Shown here: one piece after another, positions 37,030-46,663 of the stretch
How positions within the stretch are numbered: the first letter of the stretch is position 1
Layout: every line of letters begins with the position of its first letter
From: Aeriscardovia sp.
GTDB lineage: Bacteria; Actinomycetota; Actinomycetes; Actinomycetales; Bifidobacteriaceae
Length of the DNA: 64,000 nt
Assembly: GCA_017632535.1 (NCBI GenBank)
Contig: JAGBRC010000009.1
Span: 6,162-70,161, forward strand
Direction: 5' to 3'
The notes under the pieces: model-generated
Database searches by the model: none
What the model saw: the letters and a program-made list of their open reading frames with translations, nothing else
Told to the model about the DNA's origin: nothing
Program-made: the position numbers and the translations under genes

Positions 37030-39501
37030 ATGGATTCTCTTCTCGGGACCCCATGGGTAAAGGATGGATCGGGCAGCGGTTCATTCGAAGACGTAGACAG
37101 GTACTTTAGGGCTGCAAATTATATGTCCGTAGGACAAATCTATCTGAAGTCCAATCCGCTCATGAGGGAACCCTTCACGCGCGACGACGTAAAGCAGAGG
37201 CTCGTGGGGCACTGGGGCACCACGCCGGGTCTGAATTTCCTCTTCGGCCATGTAAACAGGCTCATCAAAGACCATAAGCAGAACACCGTATTCATTATGG
37301 GCCCCGGCCATGGCGGTCCCGCGGGGAGAGTCCAGTCATTCATCGACGGCAGCTACCGCCACGTCCACCCTGAAATGCCGGCAGGCGAGGAAGGCCTCGA
37401 GCGCTTCTTCCGCCAGTTCTCCTGGCCCGGCGGAGATCCTTCGCACTTCGGTCCGGAAATCCCAGGCAGCATGCATGAGGGAGGAGAGCTGGGATACAGC
37501 CTCAGCCACGCCTACGGCGCCACTCTCGACAACCCCAGCCTCCTTACCGTGTGCGTGGTAGGGGACGGGGAAGCGGAGACTGGGGCCCTGTCGACCAGCT
37601 GGTGGTCCAACAAGTTCATGAACCCCAAGACGGACGGAATGGTGCTCCCCATCCTCCACCTCAACGGGTACAAGATCGCCAATCCCTCCATTCTTTCCAG
37701 AATCAGCCCCGAAGACAGGGCGGACTTCTTCACGGGTCTCGGTTACGAGCCTCACGAATTCGTGGCAGGGTTCGATGATGAGGACATGATGAGCATCCAC
37801 TCCCGATTCCACTCTCTGCTTGAGGAAGTCTTCGGGAAAATCTGCGACATCAAAACTTCCGGACCGTCTTCTGCGCGCTATCCGCTGATAATCTTCAAGA
37901 CTCCCAAGGGCTGGACGGGTCCCAAGTTTGTGGACGGCAAGAAGATAGAGGGCACTTTCAGGGCGCACCAGGTTCCCCTCACTAAGCCCAAGGAAGACGA
38001 GGGCCAATTCGAAATGCTCAAAGAATGGCTAGAATCCTACAGGCCGCATGAGCTTTTCGATTCTGAAGGGAATCTCAGGGAGACAGTGCGGGAGTGCATC
38101 CCTGAAGGCGATCTGCGCCTAGGGTTCAACCCCAACACAAACAGGGGAGCTGAAAAACTGGACCTCCCCGAGATCGACAACTACGAAGTGGCCGGCGTGA
38201 AGGACTTTGGACACGGCTGGGGAAGGCTTGAAGCCACCAGGGTCCTGGGCTCCTACATTCGCGACATCATCCGCCGCAATCCCGGAATCTTCCGCCTCTT
38301 TGGCCCAGATGAAACTGCCTCCAACAGGCTGAATGCCGTCTATGAGGTGACGGGCAAGCAGTGGAACGGCCTTTACGAAGACGAACAGGTAGACGAATCT
38401 ATGGGCGCTTCCGGAGCCGTGATAGAGCAGCTGAGCGAACACCAGATGGAGGGGCTCCTCGAGGGCTACGTTCTCACAGGAAGGAACGGGATGTGGAGCT
38501 CGTATGAGTCCTTCGCCCACGTCGTAGATTCCATGCTCAATCAGCACGCCAAGTGGCTCGAGCAGATCAAAAAAATCCCGTGGAGAAAGCCCCTCCCCTC
38601 CCTCAACATGCTCCTCTCTTCGCATGTGTGGAGGCAGGATCACAATGGGTTCACCCACCAAGATCCCGGCATTATCGACATCCTCTTGAACAAGAACTTC
38701 AACAACGACCATGTGGTGGATATCTATTTTGCCGTAGATCCAAACACCCTCCTGGCCATAGCGGAGAAGTCCTTCAAAGCCGAAAACAAGATAAACGCCA
38801 TCGTGGCCGGAAAGCAGCCCAACTTCTGCTACCTGACGATGGAAGAAGCCAAGGCGGAAGTGGAGAAGGGCCTGGAAGAGTGGAAGTGGGCCTCCAACTG
38901 CAAGAAGGGCGAAGAGGATATAGTGCTCGTGTGCGCGGGCGACATCCCCACTCAAGAGGTCCTCGCCGCCAGCTGCATCCTCAACGCCGAGGGCGTCAAG
39001 TACAGGGTCGTAAACATCCTGGAGCTTTTGAAGATTCAAAACTGCCAGGAAAACGACGAGGCTATAAGCGACGAGGAGTTCAAGGCGATCTTTTCCGAAG
39101 ACAAGCCCGTGCTCTTCGCCTACCACTCCTATCCGAGGGAGATTTACTCCCTCATCCACGGACGCCCTGGATGCGGCAACTGGAAGGTTATGGGCTACAG
39201 CGAGCGTGGCTCCATAACGACCCCCTTCGACATGCTCAGATCCAACGACATGGACCGCTACCACCTGGCGGCCCTCGCCCTCGAAATGGTCGGGGGAGAC
39301 AAGAAGGAGTCCATAGAGAAGCTGGAAGCCAAAAGGCAGGAGGCCTGGGAGTTTGCGAAGACGAACGGCTTCGACATTGACGACTACGTCAATTGGCACT
39401 GGGGAGAAGTGAATGAGTGCGACCTTGTGGGCATGGGATCTTCCATCTCCCACGAACACGGGACTGCGGCTAAAGAGCACTCAGATCCTTCACAAAAGTA
39501 A
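37030..39501 (+). CDS. xfp: xylulose-5-phosphate/fructose-6-phosphate phosphoketolase
   Basis: 823 aa. Near-collinear with bifidobacterial Xfp as I recall it: [86 protein letters not shown]. Confidence 0.97.
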   Translation: MDSLLGTPWVKDGSGSGSFEDVDRYFRAANYMSVGQIYLKSNPLMREPFTRDDVKQRLVGHWGTTPGLNFLFGHVNRLIKDHKQNTVFIMGPGHGGPAGRVQSFIDGSYRHVHPEMPAGEEGLERFFRQFSWPGGDPSHFGPEIPGSMHEGGELGYSLSHAYGATLDNPSLLTVCVVGDGEAETGALSTSWWSNKFMNPKTDGMVLPILHLNGYKIANPSILSRISPEDRADFFTGLGYEPHEFVAGFDDEDMMSIHSRFHSLLEEVFGKICDIKTSGPSSARYPLIIFKTPKGWTGPKFVDGKKIEGTFRAHQVPLTKPKEDEGQFEMLKEWLESYRPHELFDSEGNLRETVRECIPEGDLRLGFNPNTNRGAEKLDLPEIDNYEVAGVKDFGHGWGRLEATRVLGSYIRDIIRRNPGIFRLFGPDETASNRLNAVYEVTGKQWNGLYEDEQVDESMGASGAVIEQLSEHQMEGLLEGYVLTGRNGMWSSYESFAHVVDSMLNQHAKWLEQIKKIPWRKPLPSLNMLLSSHVWRQDHNGFTHQDPGIIDILLNKNFNNDHVVDIYFAVDPNTLLAIAEKSFKAENKINAIVAGKQPNFCYLTMEEAKAEVEKGLEEWKWASNCKKGEEDIVLVCAGDIPTQEVLAASCILNAEGVKYRVVNILELLKIQNCQENDEAISDEEFKAIFSEDKPVLFAYHSYPREIYSLIHGRPGCGNWKVMGYSERGSITTPFDMLRSNDMDRYHLAALALEMVGGDKKESIEKLEAKRQEAWEFAKTNGFDIDDYVNWHWGEVNECDLVGMGSSISHEHGTAAKEHSDPSQK

Positions 39502-39517
39502 CTAGCTTGTGAAGCTG

Positions 39518-39545
39518 GCCCGGATACTTCCGGGCTTTTGCTTTA
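39518..39545 (+). terminator. intrinsic terminator after xfp
   Basis: GCCCGGA-TACT-TCCGGGC hairpin followed by TTTTGCTTT, starting 17 nt after the xfp stop. Confidence 0.75.
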
Positions 39546-39577
39546 TCTTTTAATTCCCTTGTGTTAGACATACGTAT

Positions 39578-41305
39578 ATGAAGCAATCTTCTTCCAACCG
39601 GATAGAGCTTACCGACAGGGTCTTTTTGTATTCGCCCGCGGGCGGATGGGGCAGGGACGTAGTGGCGGCGGGGCTTTTAAAGTCCCTCTCCAAGCGCCAC
39701 CCCTTCGTCACCTTTTTTCAACCCCTCTGCAGACAGGAGGCGCCCCTGCGGCTCCTATCTGCAGCGTCCGGGGCGCTGCAGCTCGAGGCTGCAGGAAGGC
39801 TGGAAGAACACGAGGGAATTGGGGAAGAAGAGTACTACGCAAACGAAGCTTTGAGCCGCAGGGAGATAGTGACGAAGTTCTACGATTCCCCTGCGGTAAA
39901 GAAAGCGGACTTCGCCCTGGTAATAGGATCCAACCACTCAAAAGTGGCGCATCCGAGCAAAATGTATACCGACGCCTTGCTATCTGCAGACCTGCAGTGC
40001 CCCGTGCTGCTTTCGGTGAGCGGAGAAGGGCGCAGCGCCCATGAAGTGGCCGAGAGCATCAAGGCGTGCGCGAGGACGGTGCAGGAAAAGGGGAGCAAGA
40101 TCCTGGGGGCCTTCGTTTCCCCCTCTCCTGCAGGCATAGAGGAACAGGTGCGCATAGAGCTCGTAGACCTTTCGATCCCCGTCTGGTTCATAGGCCGGAT
40201 CGAAGAAAAGGGAAGCGCAAAAGAAAAGGCCCTGGCCTGCTTTGAAGCGTGCCAAAAGGGGATAAATGAAGAGGAGCTCTTCAGAGCCCTTTCCAGACCC
40301 TTCACCGCACCCGTAACTCCGGCCTGCTTTCAGTTTTCCCTCTTGAGGCAAGCATCCGAAAAGAAGAAGACGATAGTGCTGCCTGAGGGCGGAGAAGAGA
40401 GGGTGCTTCGCGCGGCTGACTACGTCCTCTCCCACGACGCTGCAGACATCATCCTGCTAGGCGAAGAGGAATATGTAAAAAGGCGTGCTGCAAACATCGA
40501 CCTCAGCTTCATTTCCAAGGCAAAAATCCTCTCTATGGAAAATGAGGCCTTAAAAGAGAAGCTGGAAGGGGAGATGAAAAAGTCCCTCCCTCTAAAAGAC
40601 GATGAAGATGTAGCTGAGCTCATAAAGGACCCCTCATACTTTGGGACCATGCTGGTGAAGATCGGCATGGCCGACGGAATGGTTTCCGGAGCCGTGCACC
40701 CCACAGCCCAGACAGTCCGCCCCGCGCTCAAAATCATCCGCACCAAGCCCGGAGTTCCGATAGTGTCGGGATCGATGCTCATGTGCATGGAAGACCATGT
40801 AGACATCTACGCCGATGTGGCGATAGTCCCAAATCCCACTCCCTCCCAGCTCGCCCTCATAGCTTCCCAGACCTGCAAAACGGCGAGGATGGTGGGAATA
40901 GACCCGATTGTGGGGTTCCTGTCCTATTCCACATTGGGATCTGGAAAAGGGAAGGACGTGGAAATGGTCAAGGAGGCGGTGGAAGAGTTCAGGGCCTCTT
41001 CCCCCAAAGCCCCCTTTGTGGGCCCCATACAGTTTGATGCGGCCTGCAGTCCGCAGGTGGCCCGGCTCAAAGCCCCCGGAAACCCCGTGGCCGGCCGGGT
41101 GAGCGCATACATCTGCCCGGATCTGGATTCCGGCAACATCCTTTACAAGGCCGTGGAAAGGACGGGGGGCGCCACGGCCATAGGCCCCATCCTCCAGGGG
41201 CTCTGCAAGCCCGTAAACGACTTATCCAGAGGATCTACTATGTGGGACATAGTAAACACTATTGCAATCACAGCCCTGACATGCGAAGAGGAAGACGATG
41301 AGTGA
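39578..41305 (+). CDS. pta: phosphate acetyltransferase (long form with N-terminal regulatory domain)
   Basis: 575 aa. C-terminal PTA_PTB catalytic half (IVLPEGGEERVLRAA, DGMVSGAVHPTA, YSTLGSGKG, CPDLDSGNILYK). The N-terminal domain of about 230 aa has a degenerate P-loop. Confidence 0.93.
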   Translation: MKQSSSNRIELTDRVFLYSPAGGWGRDVVAAGLLKSLSKRHPFVTFFQPLCRQEAPLRLLSAASGALQLEAAGRLEEHEGIGEEEYYANEALSRREIVTKFYDSPAVKKADFALVIGSNHSKVAHPSKMYTDALLSADLQCPVLLSVSGEGRSAHEVAESIKACARTVQEKGSKILGAFVSPSPAGIEEQVRIELVDLSIPVWFIGRIEEKGSAKEKALACFEACQKGINEEELFRALSRPFTAPVTPACFQFSLLRQASEKKKTIVLPEGGEERVLRAADYVLSHDAADIILLGEEEYVKRRAANIDLSFISKAKILSMENEALKEKLEGEMKKSLPLKDDEDVAELIKDPSYFGTMLVKIGMADGMVSGAVHPTAQTVRPALKIIRTKPGVPIVSGSMLMCMEDHVDIYADVAIVPNPTPSQLALIASQTCKTARMVGIDPIVGFLSYSTLGSGKGKDVEMVKEAVEEFRASSPKAPFVGPIQFDAACSPQVARLKAPGNPVAGRVSAYICPDLDSGNILYKAVERTGGATAIGPILQGLCKPVNDLSRGSTMWDIVNTIAITALTCEEEDDE

Positions 41306-42491
41306 AAATATCTTGGTAATTAATTCCGGTTCCAGCTCTGTCAAGTACCAGCTTTTGGACATGTCCAAAAAGGAAGTCCTGGCCAAAGGAGAGGTAGAGA
41401 AGATAGGCCTGGAAGGAAGCGTGGTCAGCCATGAATCCGGAGGGCGGCAAAATGTGAAATCCGGAGAAATCTGCGATCACTTCGCCGCTTTCAAGGCCAT
41501 CTTGGACTGCTTTAAGGAGTTTGGGCCCGATCTGGAAAAGGCGGGAGTGAAGGCCGTGGGGCACAGGATCGTCCAAGGCGCCGACGTCTTTGCGGGCCCC
41601 GCTCTCATAGACGACAAGGTCCTGCAGGAAATTTGGGACCTTTCAGCCCTGGCGCCCCTGCACAACGGCCCTGCGGCCAGGGGGATAGAGATTATGCGCA
41701 GTCTCCTTCCCAACGTCCCTCAGGTGGCCGTCTTCGACACCTCCTTCTTCTTCAACCTCCCCCCAGAGGCGAGGACTTACGCCCTCAAAAAAGAAGTGGC
41801 GGAAAAGTACCGCATTTACCGCTACGGCGCGCACGGCATAAGCCATAGGTACGTGGGAGGTAAAGTCCGCTCTATGCTGGCCGAAGAAGGAAAAGACTTT
41901 TGCCAGATAGTCCTGCACCTCGGAAACGGCGCCAGCTGCAGCGCTCAGATAAATGAGAGGGCAGTAGAGACCTCGATGGGTCTGACCCCCTTGGAGGGCT
42001 TGGTGATGGGCACCCGCACCGGCGACATGGATCCCGCCACCGCCGTATACCTTCTGAAAAACTCTCCTTACACCCCCGACGGAATAGAAAAGCTCTTCAA
42101 CAATGAAAGCGGCCTGAAGGGCCTCTGCGGACACAGCGACATGAGGGAAGTGGAAAGCCTCTACAATGCGGGGGATCCTGACGCCGCCCTCGCAGTCAAG
42201 ATCTTTTGCCACAGGATTGTCAGCTACGTCGGCGCCTATTGGGCCCAGATGGGCTCCTTGCAGGCCCTCACCTTTACCGCAGGGATTGGAGAGCACCAGG
42301 CCTTCGTGAGGAGGATCGTGGCAGAAAAGCTCGCCCCCTTCGGAGTGAAGCTGGATGAGGAAAAGAACCGGAACGGGTCCAAAGACAGAATCATCTCTGC
42401 TGAAGACAGCTCGGTCAAGGTCTTAGTGATTCACACCGACGAAGAGCTGTCCATAGCGGAGCAGACTCTCAGCCTCGTCTCTTCCCTCTAG
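41298..42491 (+). CDS. ackA: acetate kinase
   Basis: 397 aa. ILVINSGSSSVKYQL, HRIVQG, YRYGAHGISH, HLGNGASC and TGDMDP motifs. ATGA-type 8-nt overlap with the pta stop. Confidence 0.97.
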   Translation: MSENILVINSGSSSVKYQLLDMSKKEVLAKGEVEKIGLEGSVVSHESGGRQNVKSGEICDHFAAFKAILDCFKEFGPDLEKAGVKAVGHRIVQGADVFAGPALIDDKVLQEIWDLSALAPLHNGPAARGIEIMRSLLPNVPQVAVFDTSFFFNLPPEARTYALKKEVAEKYRIYRYGAHGISHRYVGGKVRSMLAEEGKDFCQIVLHLGNGASCSAQINERAVETSMGLTPLEGLVMGTRTGDMDPATAVYLLKNSPYTPDGIEKLFNNESGLKGLCGHSDMREVESLYNAGDPDAALAVKIFCHRIVSYVGAYWAQMGSLQALTFTAGIGEHQAFVRRIVAEKLAPFGVKLDEEKNRNGSKDRIISAEDSSVKVLVIHTDEELSIAEQTLSLVSSL

Positions 42492-42538
42492 GGCTCCCGG
42501 CCCCCAGACGGGGCTTATAGTATAATGTTTTAAGATTT

Positions 42539-42611
42539 CGGGGCGTAGCGCAGGTGGTAGCGCGCTTGCTTTGGGGGCAAGATGTCGCAGGTTCGAGTCC
42601 TGTCGCCCCGA
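42539..42611 (+). tRNA. tRNA-Pro (anticodon TGG)
   Basis: Hand fold: acceptor CGGGGCG/CGCCCCG, D arm GCGC-AGGTGGTA-GCGC, anticodon stem CTTGC/GCAAG with loop TTTGGGG, T arm GCAGG-TTCGAGT-CCTGT, A73. 73 nt, followed by a T-run. Confidence 0.9.
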
Positions 42612-42616
42612 CTTTT

Positions 42617-43441
42617 TTATATGAAGGCCTCAGTCCAGGGGTCGGTATTTACGTCCAAAAGGCGCAGCTCCACAGTTTCTCCTAGCCTTTCTTTTACGTC
42701 TTTCAGCGCGAAGTCGAACCAGGGGAACTCCGAACTGAAGTGCGAGACGTCTACAAGCCCCATCTTCCTTCCTGTGGCCTCCAATTTTTGCATGAAGTCA
42801 AGAGCCGGATGGTGGCGTAGATCGCTTGTAAGGTAGACGTCGGCGCCGGTTTGGAAGGCTTTGTCAAAAAAGCTGTCCCCGGCACCGCTCATCACGGCCA
42901 CCCTCTTCACCTTCATCTTCGGGTCTCCCGCCAGCCTTGCCCCCTGAACGGTTTTGGGGAGCCTTTCTCGGCTCATCTTCGCAAATTCTTCCAGGCTCAT
43001 CTCCCTTTCGAGCTCCCCTACCCTGCCCAGGCCCGCCGGGGCCCCGTTTACGATCCCTTCGGGATCGATTGGCAAAGCTTTCAAGATGCCGAGCCTGGCG
43101 CACAGGGCTTCATTGGTTCCCCGCGGCGCGGCGTCCACGTTGGTGTGGCCCGCCCGGAGGGCGCATCCGGCCTGGAGGAGAAAGGAAGCCGCAAGGCCGT
43201 GGGGGTCGGTAGAGGGGATGAGGTGCACGGCCCTGAAAAAGAGGGGGTGGTGCGTCACCAAAAGGTCGGCGCCCCATTTTCCCGCCTCCTTGGCGACGTC
43301 GATGGTGGGATCTAGGGCAAAGCAGATCTTTTTGCACTCCCTTTCGAGATTCCCCAAAACCAGCCCCGGATAATCCCAGTCCTCTTTGAGATCCAACGGG
43401 TACATCTCTTCTAGTGCGGCTACAGCGTCTCTTACTTTCAT
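42617..43441 (-). CDS. Nif3-like dinuclear metal centre protein (GTP cyclohydrolase 1 type 2 family)
   Basis: Trimmed to MKVRDAVAALEEMYPL. DWDYPGLVLGN, ADLLVTHHPLFF and GHTNVDAA motifs. Confidence 0.85.
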   Translation of the reverse strand: MKVRDAVAALEEMYPLDLKEDWDYPGLVLGNLERECKKICFALDPTIDVAKEAGKWGADLLVTHHPLFFRAVHLIPSTDPHGLAASFLLQAGCALRAGHTNVDAAPRGTNEALCARLGILKALPIDPEGIVNGAPAGLGRVGELEREMSLEEFAKMSRERLPKTVQGARLAGDPKMKVKRVAVMSGAGDSFFDKAFQTGADVYLTSDLRHHPALDFMQKLEATGRKMGLVDVSHFSSEFPWFDFALKDVKERLGETVELRLLDVNTDPWTEAFI

Positions 43442-43449
43442 TTTTCCTC

Positions 43450-45936
43450 CTAGTGGGCGGCCTGCTGCCAATTTTCCCCCCATCCCATGGAGACGGTAAG
43501 GGGGACTTTGAGCTCCTTGGCCCCTTCCATGGCGAGGCGTATTGAATCTCCCGCCTCTTCCTCTTCTCCCGGGGATACTTCCACCAAAAGCTCGTCGTGG
43601 ATCTGCAGGACTATTCGGCTTTTTAGCCCCCTCTCTTGGAGGGACTTGTCTGCCCTTATCATGGCAAGCTTCATTATGTCTGCAGCCGACCCCTGTATCG
43701 GGGCGTTTCTTGCAGCCCTTTCGGCGGCCCTGCGGGCCTGGGGGGAGGGGGAGAGGAGATCTGGAAAGTAGCGCCTCCGGCCCAAGATCGTCTCGCTGTA
43801 GCCCTTGCGGGCGGCCTCTTGGGTTTGAAAATCCAGGTACCGTTTTACAGATCCGAAGATTGAAAAGTACTTTTCTTCCAGCCTTTTTGCCTCGACTTGG
43901 GGAATGTGGAGGCGGGAGGCGAGCCCAAAGGCGCTAAGGCCGTAAGCCAGCCCATAGCTGACCTGTTTTACGCTCGTCCTCTCGTCGGCCGTGACCTTTT
44001 CTTGCGGCACCCCATAGACGAGGTGGGCGATGTACTTGTGAAAGTCCCCTCCGGCCTTAAAGGCCTCTATCAGCTTCTCGTCCCCCGAAAGGTCCGCCAT
44101 TATCCTCAGCTCTATTTGCGAGTAGTCGCAGCTTAAAAGCTTCCATCCTTTTGGCGCCACGAAGGCGGAGCGGATTTGCCGGCCCTCCTCGGTCCTATTG
44201 GGAATTGTCTGCAGGTTCGGGTCTTGGGAAGCGATCCTCCCGGTTCCGGTGGATTTCTGATCAAAAGTCGAGTAGATCCTCCCATCGGAAGAGACCGCTT
44301 TTAGGAGGGAGGAGACGATTTCGGAAAGCTTTCCTTCCTCCCTGAACTTCAAAAGGGCCTGAATGAATTTTTCCTCCCTCCCTTCCGGATCTACCAAGGC
44401 CGCGATCTTTTCGAGAGATTCTGCAGAGGTGCTCTGGCTTTTCCCTTTGATTTTGAACTCCCCGTAGAGCACGTTTGCCACCTGTTTGGGGCTGTTCAAG
44501 TTCACTTCCCTGTGCCCGAACCCCAAAGCCTCCATGGCCTGGGAGGAAGAGAGGGAACACTGGGAATCAAAAAATTCCTTCATCTCTTCGAGGGCGCCCC
44601 TGTCTACCAGGACCCCCCGCCTCTCCATGTCGTAAAGGATTTTGGCCACGGGCATTTCGAGGCCGTGGAGAAGCTCTTTTTCCCCCCTCTTTTCAAGTTC
44701 GCTTTCCAAAGCCGGGGCGAGGCGCAGGGCGCAGGAGAGCCTCTCTTCCCCCTCCTTTTCCAGCGCGGGGGCCATCGCCTTCTTGGGGTGGTCGGGATCG
44801 GACAGATAGCTGGCCAAGGAGAGGTCGAAGGCCGGCATGGGCAGGGGGCCCGCCTGCTCCATAGCCTCTTTGTAATCCAGGGCCATCCACTCTCCTGCGC
44901 CAAGTATTTGCGGGACCTCGTTTTCCCACTCCCCCGCTTGGCCTCCGCTGAGGGTGTGCAAGACGAACCCAGAGGAAGAAGGCTGTGCAAAATAAGCGTT
45001 GCCGTCTTTTTGGGTCGAAGGCGCAGGGCTGAACAGATCGCTTCCCTGAGAAGGCTGGTACCCGAAGCTCCCCTCTATCTTCCTTATGGTTTTTTCGCTA
45101 AAAGAGAGAGATTTCATGAATGGCTCGAAGCCCTCTGAAAGGCCCCCGGGGTGCATATCGCTTATGGGTACGGGAAAAGAGAGATCGCAGACAAGCTGGT
45201 TGACTCGCCGGTTCAGGCGGACCTGCCCTTCGTCCTTCCTAAGCTCCTCTCCTTTGACTCCCTTTATGGACCCGGCGCCTTCGAGCAATTTTTCGAGAGA
45301 TCCGAACTCCAGAAGCCATTTGGCCGCGATTTTGTCCCCCACGCCTTTGACACCCGGGATGTTGTCCGCCCCTTCGCCCCTCAGGGCTGCCAGGTCCGGG
45401 TAGAGCGAGGGAGGAATGGAGTAGGACTCCAAAATTGCCTCAGGAGTCTTTAAGGAAAAGTCTTTGAAGTGGTGCCCTGGAAATATTACAGACACTTTCT
45501 CGTCTATCAGCTGGAAGACGTCCTTGTCTCCGGAAACTATGAGGACCCGGCACCCTTCTTCTTCGCCGCTGCGGCTAAGCGAGGCCACTATGTCGTCCCC
45601 TTCAAAGCCCTTCTTTGTAAACCACTTCACATCCAAGAGGTCCAGGGCTTTTTTCACGATTTCGAGCTGCTTTGCAAAACTTTCTGGGGTCTTAGGCCTC
45701 TGGGCTTTGTAACGGGCAAGCAGGTCGTTTCGGAAAGTCCCTCCGGAAGTGTCAAAGGCCACAGCCAAAAAATAAGGGCGGTACTTGTCCACCACTTCGC
45801 AGAGCATGCTGAAAAAGCCGTACACGGCGTTGGTGGGCTGACCGCCCGAGCTGAATTTTGATTCGTCTAACGCGTAAAACGCCCTGAAGAGCAGGGAGTG
45901 TCCGTCGACTATGAGGAAAGTGTCGCTGTCTTTCAC
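43450..45936 (-). CDS. polA: DNA polymerase I
   Basis: 828 aa. 5'-nuclease domain (LIVDGHSLLFRAFYA, GDKDVFQL, PGVKGVGDK), short degenerate exo-like linker, polymerase motifs (DYSQIELRIMA, RTSVKQVSYGLAYG, QIHDELLVE). Confidence 0.96.
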   Translation of the reverse strand: MKDSDTFLIVDGHSLLFRAFYALDESKFSSGGQPTNAVYGFFSMLCEVVDKYRPYFLAVAFDTSGGTFRNDLLARYKAQRPKTPESFAKQLEIVKKALDLLDVKWFTKKGFEGDDIVASLSRSGEEEGCRVLIVSGDKDVFQLIDEKVSVIFPGHHFKDFSLKTPEAILESYSIPPSLYPDLAALRGEGADNIPGVKGVGDKIAAKWLLEFGSLEKLLEGAGSIKGVKGEELRKDEGQVRLNRRVNQLVCDLSFPVPISDMHPGGLSEGFEPFMKSLSFSEKTIRKIEGSFGYQPSQGSDLFSPAPSTQKDGNAYFAQPSSSGFVLHTLSGGQAGEWENEVPQILGAGEWMALDYKEAMEQAGPLPMPAFDLSLASYLSDPDHPKKAMAPALEKEGEERLSCALRLAPALESELEKRGEKELLHGLEMPVAKILYDMERRGVLVDRGALEEMKEFFDSQCSLSSSQAMEALGFGHREVNLNSPKQVANVLYGEFKIKGKSQSTSAESLEKIAALVDPEGREEKFIQALLKFREEGKLSEIVSSLLKAVSSDGRIYSTFDQKSTGTGRIASQDPNLQTIPNRTEEGRQIRSAFVAPKGWKLLSCDYSQIELRIMADLSGDEKLIEAFKAGGDFHKYIAHLVYGVPQEKVTADERTSVKQVSYGLAYGLSAFGLASRLHIPQVEAKRLEEKYFSIFGSVKRYLDFQTQEAARKGYSETILGRRRYFPDLLSPSPQARRAAERAARNAPIQGSAADIMKLAMIRADKSLQERGLKSRIVLQIHDELLVEVSPGEEEEAGDSIRLAMEGAKELKVPLTVSMGWGENWQQAAH

Positions 45937-45964
45937 TTCTTCAGGTTAAGCGCCCTTTTCGACA

Positions 45965-46555
45965 CTACCCGAGCTTCAAGATTATGGCTTCGGCCACTTC
46001 GGCCATGCTCAGCCTCTTATCCATGCTGTTTTTCTGTATCCACCTGAAGGCTTCAGGTTCGGAAAGGCCCATATTCTCCATCAAGAGCCCCTTGGCCCTG
46101 TCCACTTTCTTTCTGACTTCCACCCTGGCGCGTATGTCGGTTATTTGGCTCTCGAGGGCGTTTAGCTGCTCGAAACGGGAAATTGCGATCTCTATAGCGG
46201 GTAGAAGCTGCTCGGGTTCAAAAGGCTTGACTATATAGGCCCCCGCTCCGGACTCTATCGCTTCCGCCACGAGAGGCTGTTGGGAGTAGGCGGTGAGGAT
46301 TACTACAGGGGCTATTTTTTCTTCCGAAAGGATCTTTGTGGCGCTGATCCCATCGCCTCCGGGCATCTTGACGTCCATCAAAACTACGTCGGGCCTCTCT
46401 TTGCGAGCCACTTCCACGGCTTCTTTGCCGTTTGTGACCTGCCCCACGACTATCTGACTGAAAGCTTTTAAAGACTGGACGATGTCTAAACGGATTAAAG
46501 ATTCATCTTCTGCGACCAAGACGCGCCTTGGCGCGCCGCTCCCGCCGTTTGTCAT
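45965..46555 (-). CDS. pdtaR: ANTAR-domain response regulator (PdtaR-like)
   Basis: ORF 45965..46630 trimmed to MTNGG at 46555, because the upstream part of the ORF runs through a tRNA gene. Receiver domain (RVLVAEDE, VLMDVKMPGGDG) plus ANTAR domain (VDRAKGLLMENMGLSEPEAFRWIQKNSMDKRLSMAEVA). Actinobacterial pdtaR-polA synteny. Confidence 0.88.
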   Translation of the reverse strand: MTNGGSGAPRRVLVAEDESLIRLDIVQSLKAFSQIVVGQVTNGKEAVEVARKERPDVVLMDVKMPGGDGISATKILSEEKIAPVVILTAYSQQPLVAEAIESGAGAYIVKPFEPEQLLPAIEIAISRFEQLNALESQITDIRARVEVRKKVDRAKGLLMENMGLSEPEAFRWIQKNSMDKRLSMAEVAEAIILKLG

Positions 46556-46571
46556 AAGCGCCTGCGATTCG

Positions 46572-46645
46572 TACCCTGAGTGGGACTCGAACCCACACTG
46601 TACAGATTTTGAGGCTGTTTCCTCTACCAATTGGGATACCAGGGC
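46572..46645 (-). tRNA. aberrant tRNA-Leu(CAA)-like gene with a short (5-nt) variable region; possibly a pseudogene
   Basis: Hand fold of the reverse strand: acceptor GCCCTGG/TCAGGGT (G1-U72 and G7-U66 wobbles), U8, 3-bp D stem TCC/GGA with an 11-nt loop CAATTGGTAGA (class II architecture, as in the Leu-GAG gene at 35138). Anticodon stem ACAGC/TCTGT (C31/U39 mismatch), loop CTCAAAA giving anticodon CAA. Variable region is only ACAGT. T arm GTGGG-TTCGAGT-CCCAC, A73. 74 nt. Confidence 0.6.
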
Positions 46646-46663
46646 ATCCTAGGCAATTATAGC

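Noticed and set aside
38119-39480. Very long ORFs antisense to real genes. Examples are 453 aa opposite xfp, 379 aa opposite uvrC (7171..8310), 366 aa opposite recA (62830..63930), 368 aa and 333 aa opposite the ABC exporters, and others of 250-290 aa opposite tkt, tal, lepA, pyk, rpsA, uvrA and the ABC-F gene.
   Set aside because: For the three I checked (xfp, recA, uvrC), the antisense codons are exactly aligned with the sense codons. An antisense stop would then require a sense TTA, CTA or TCA codon, which these genes evidently avoid. The translations are low-complexity and Arg/Gly/Pro-rich with no motifs, while the sense strands encode unmistakable conserved proteins. These are shadow ORFs, not overlapping genes.
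35138-42611. Possible genomic island, because the asdA-xfp-pta-ackA block is bounded by two tRNA genes.
   Set aside because: There is no integrase, transposase or phage gene. I could find no direct repeat of either tRNA 3' end at the opposite boundary. The cargo is central metabolism, and its composition looks like the rest of the window.
43450-45936. PolA lacks recognisable 3'-5' exonuclease motifs; the linker between the 5' nuclease and the polymerase domain is short.
   Set aside because: Loss of proofreading motifs in Pol I is well known in Actinobacteria and in Thermus-type enzymes, so this is not unusual.
46556-46630. N-terminal extension of the pdtaR ORF (MVEETASKSVQCGFESHSGYESQAL...).
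   Set aside because: This part of the ORF is the reverse complement of the tRNA-like gene (GGGTTCGAGTCCCAC reads as a T arm). The receiver domain starts right after the internal ATG at 46555.
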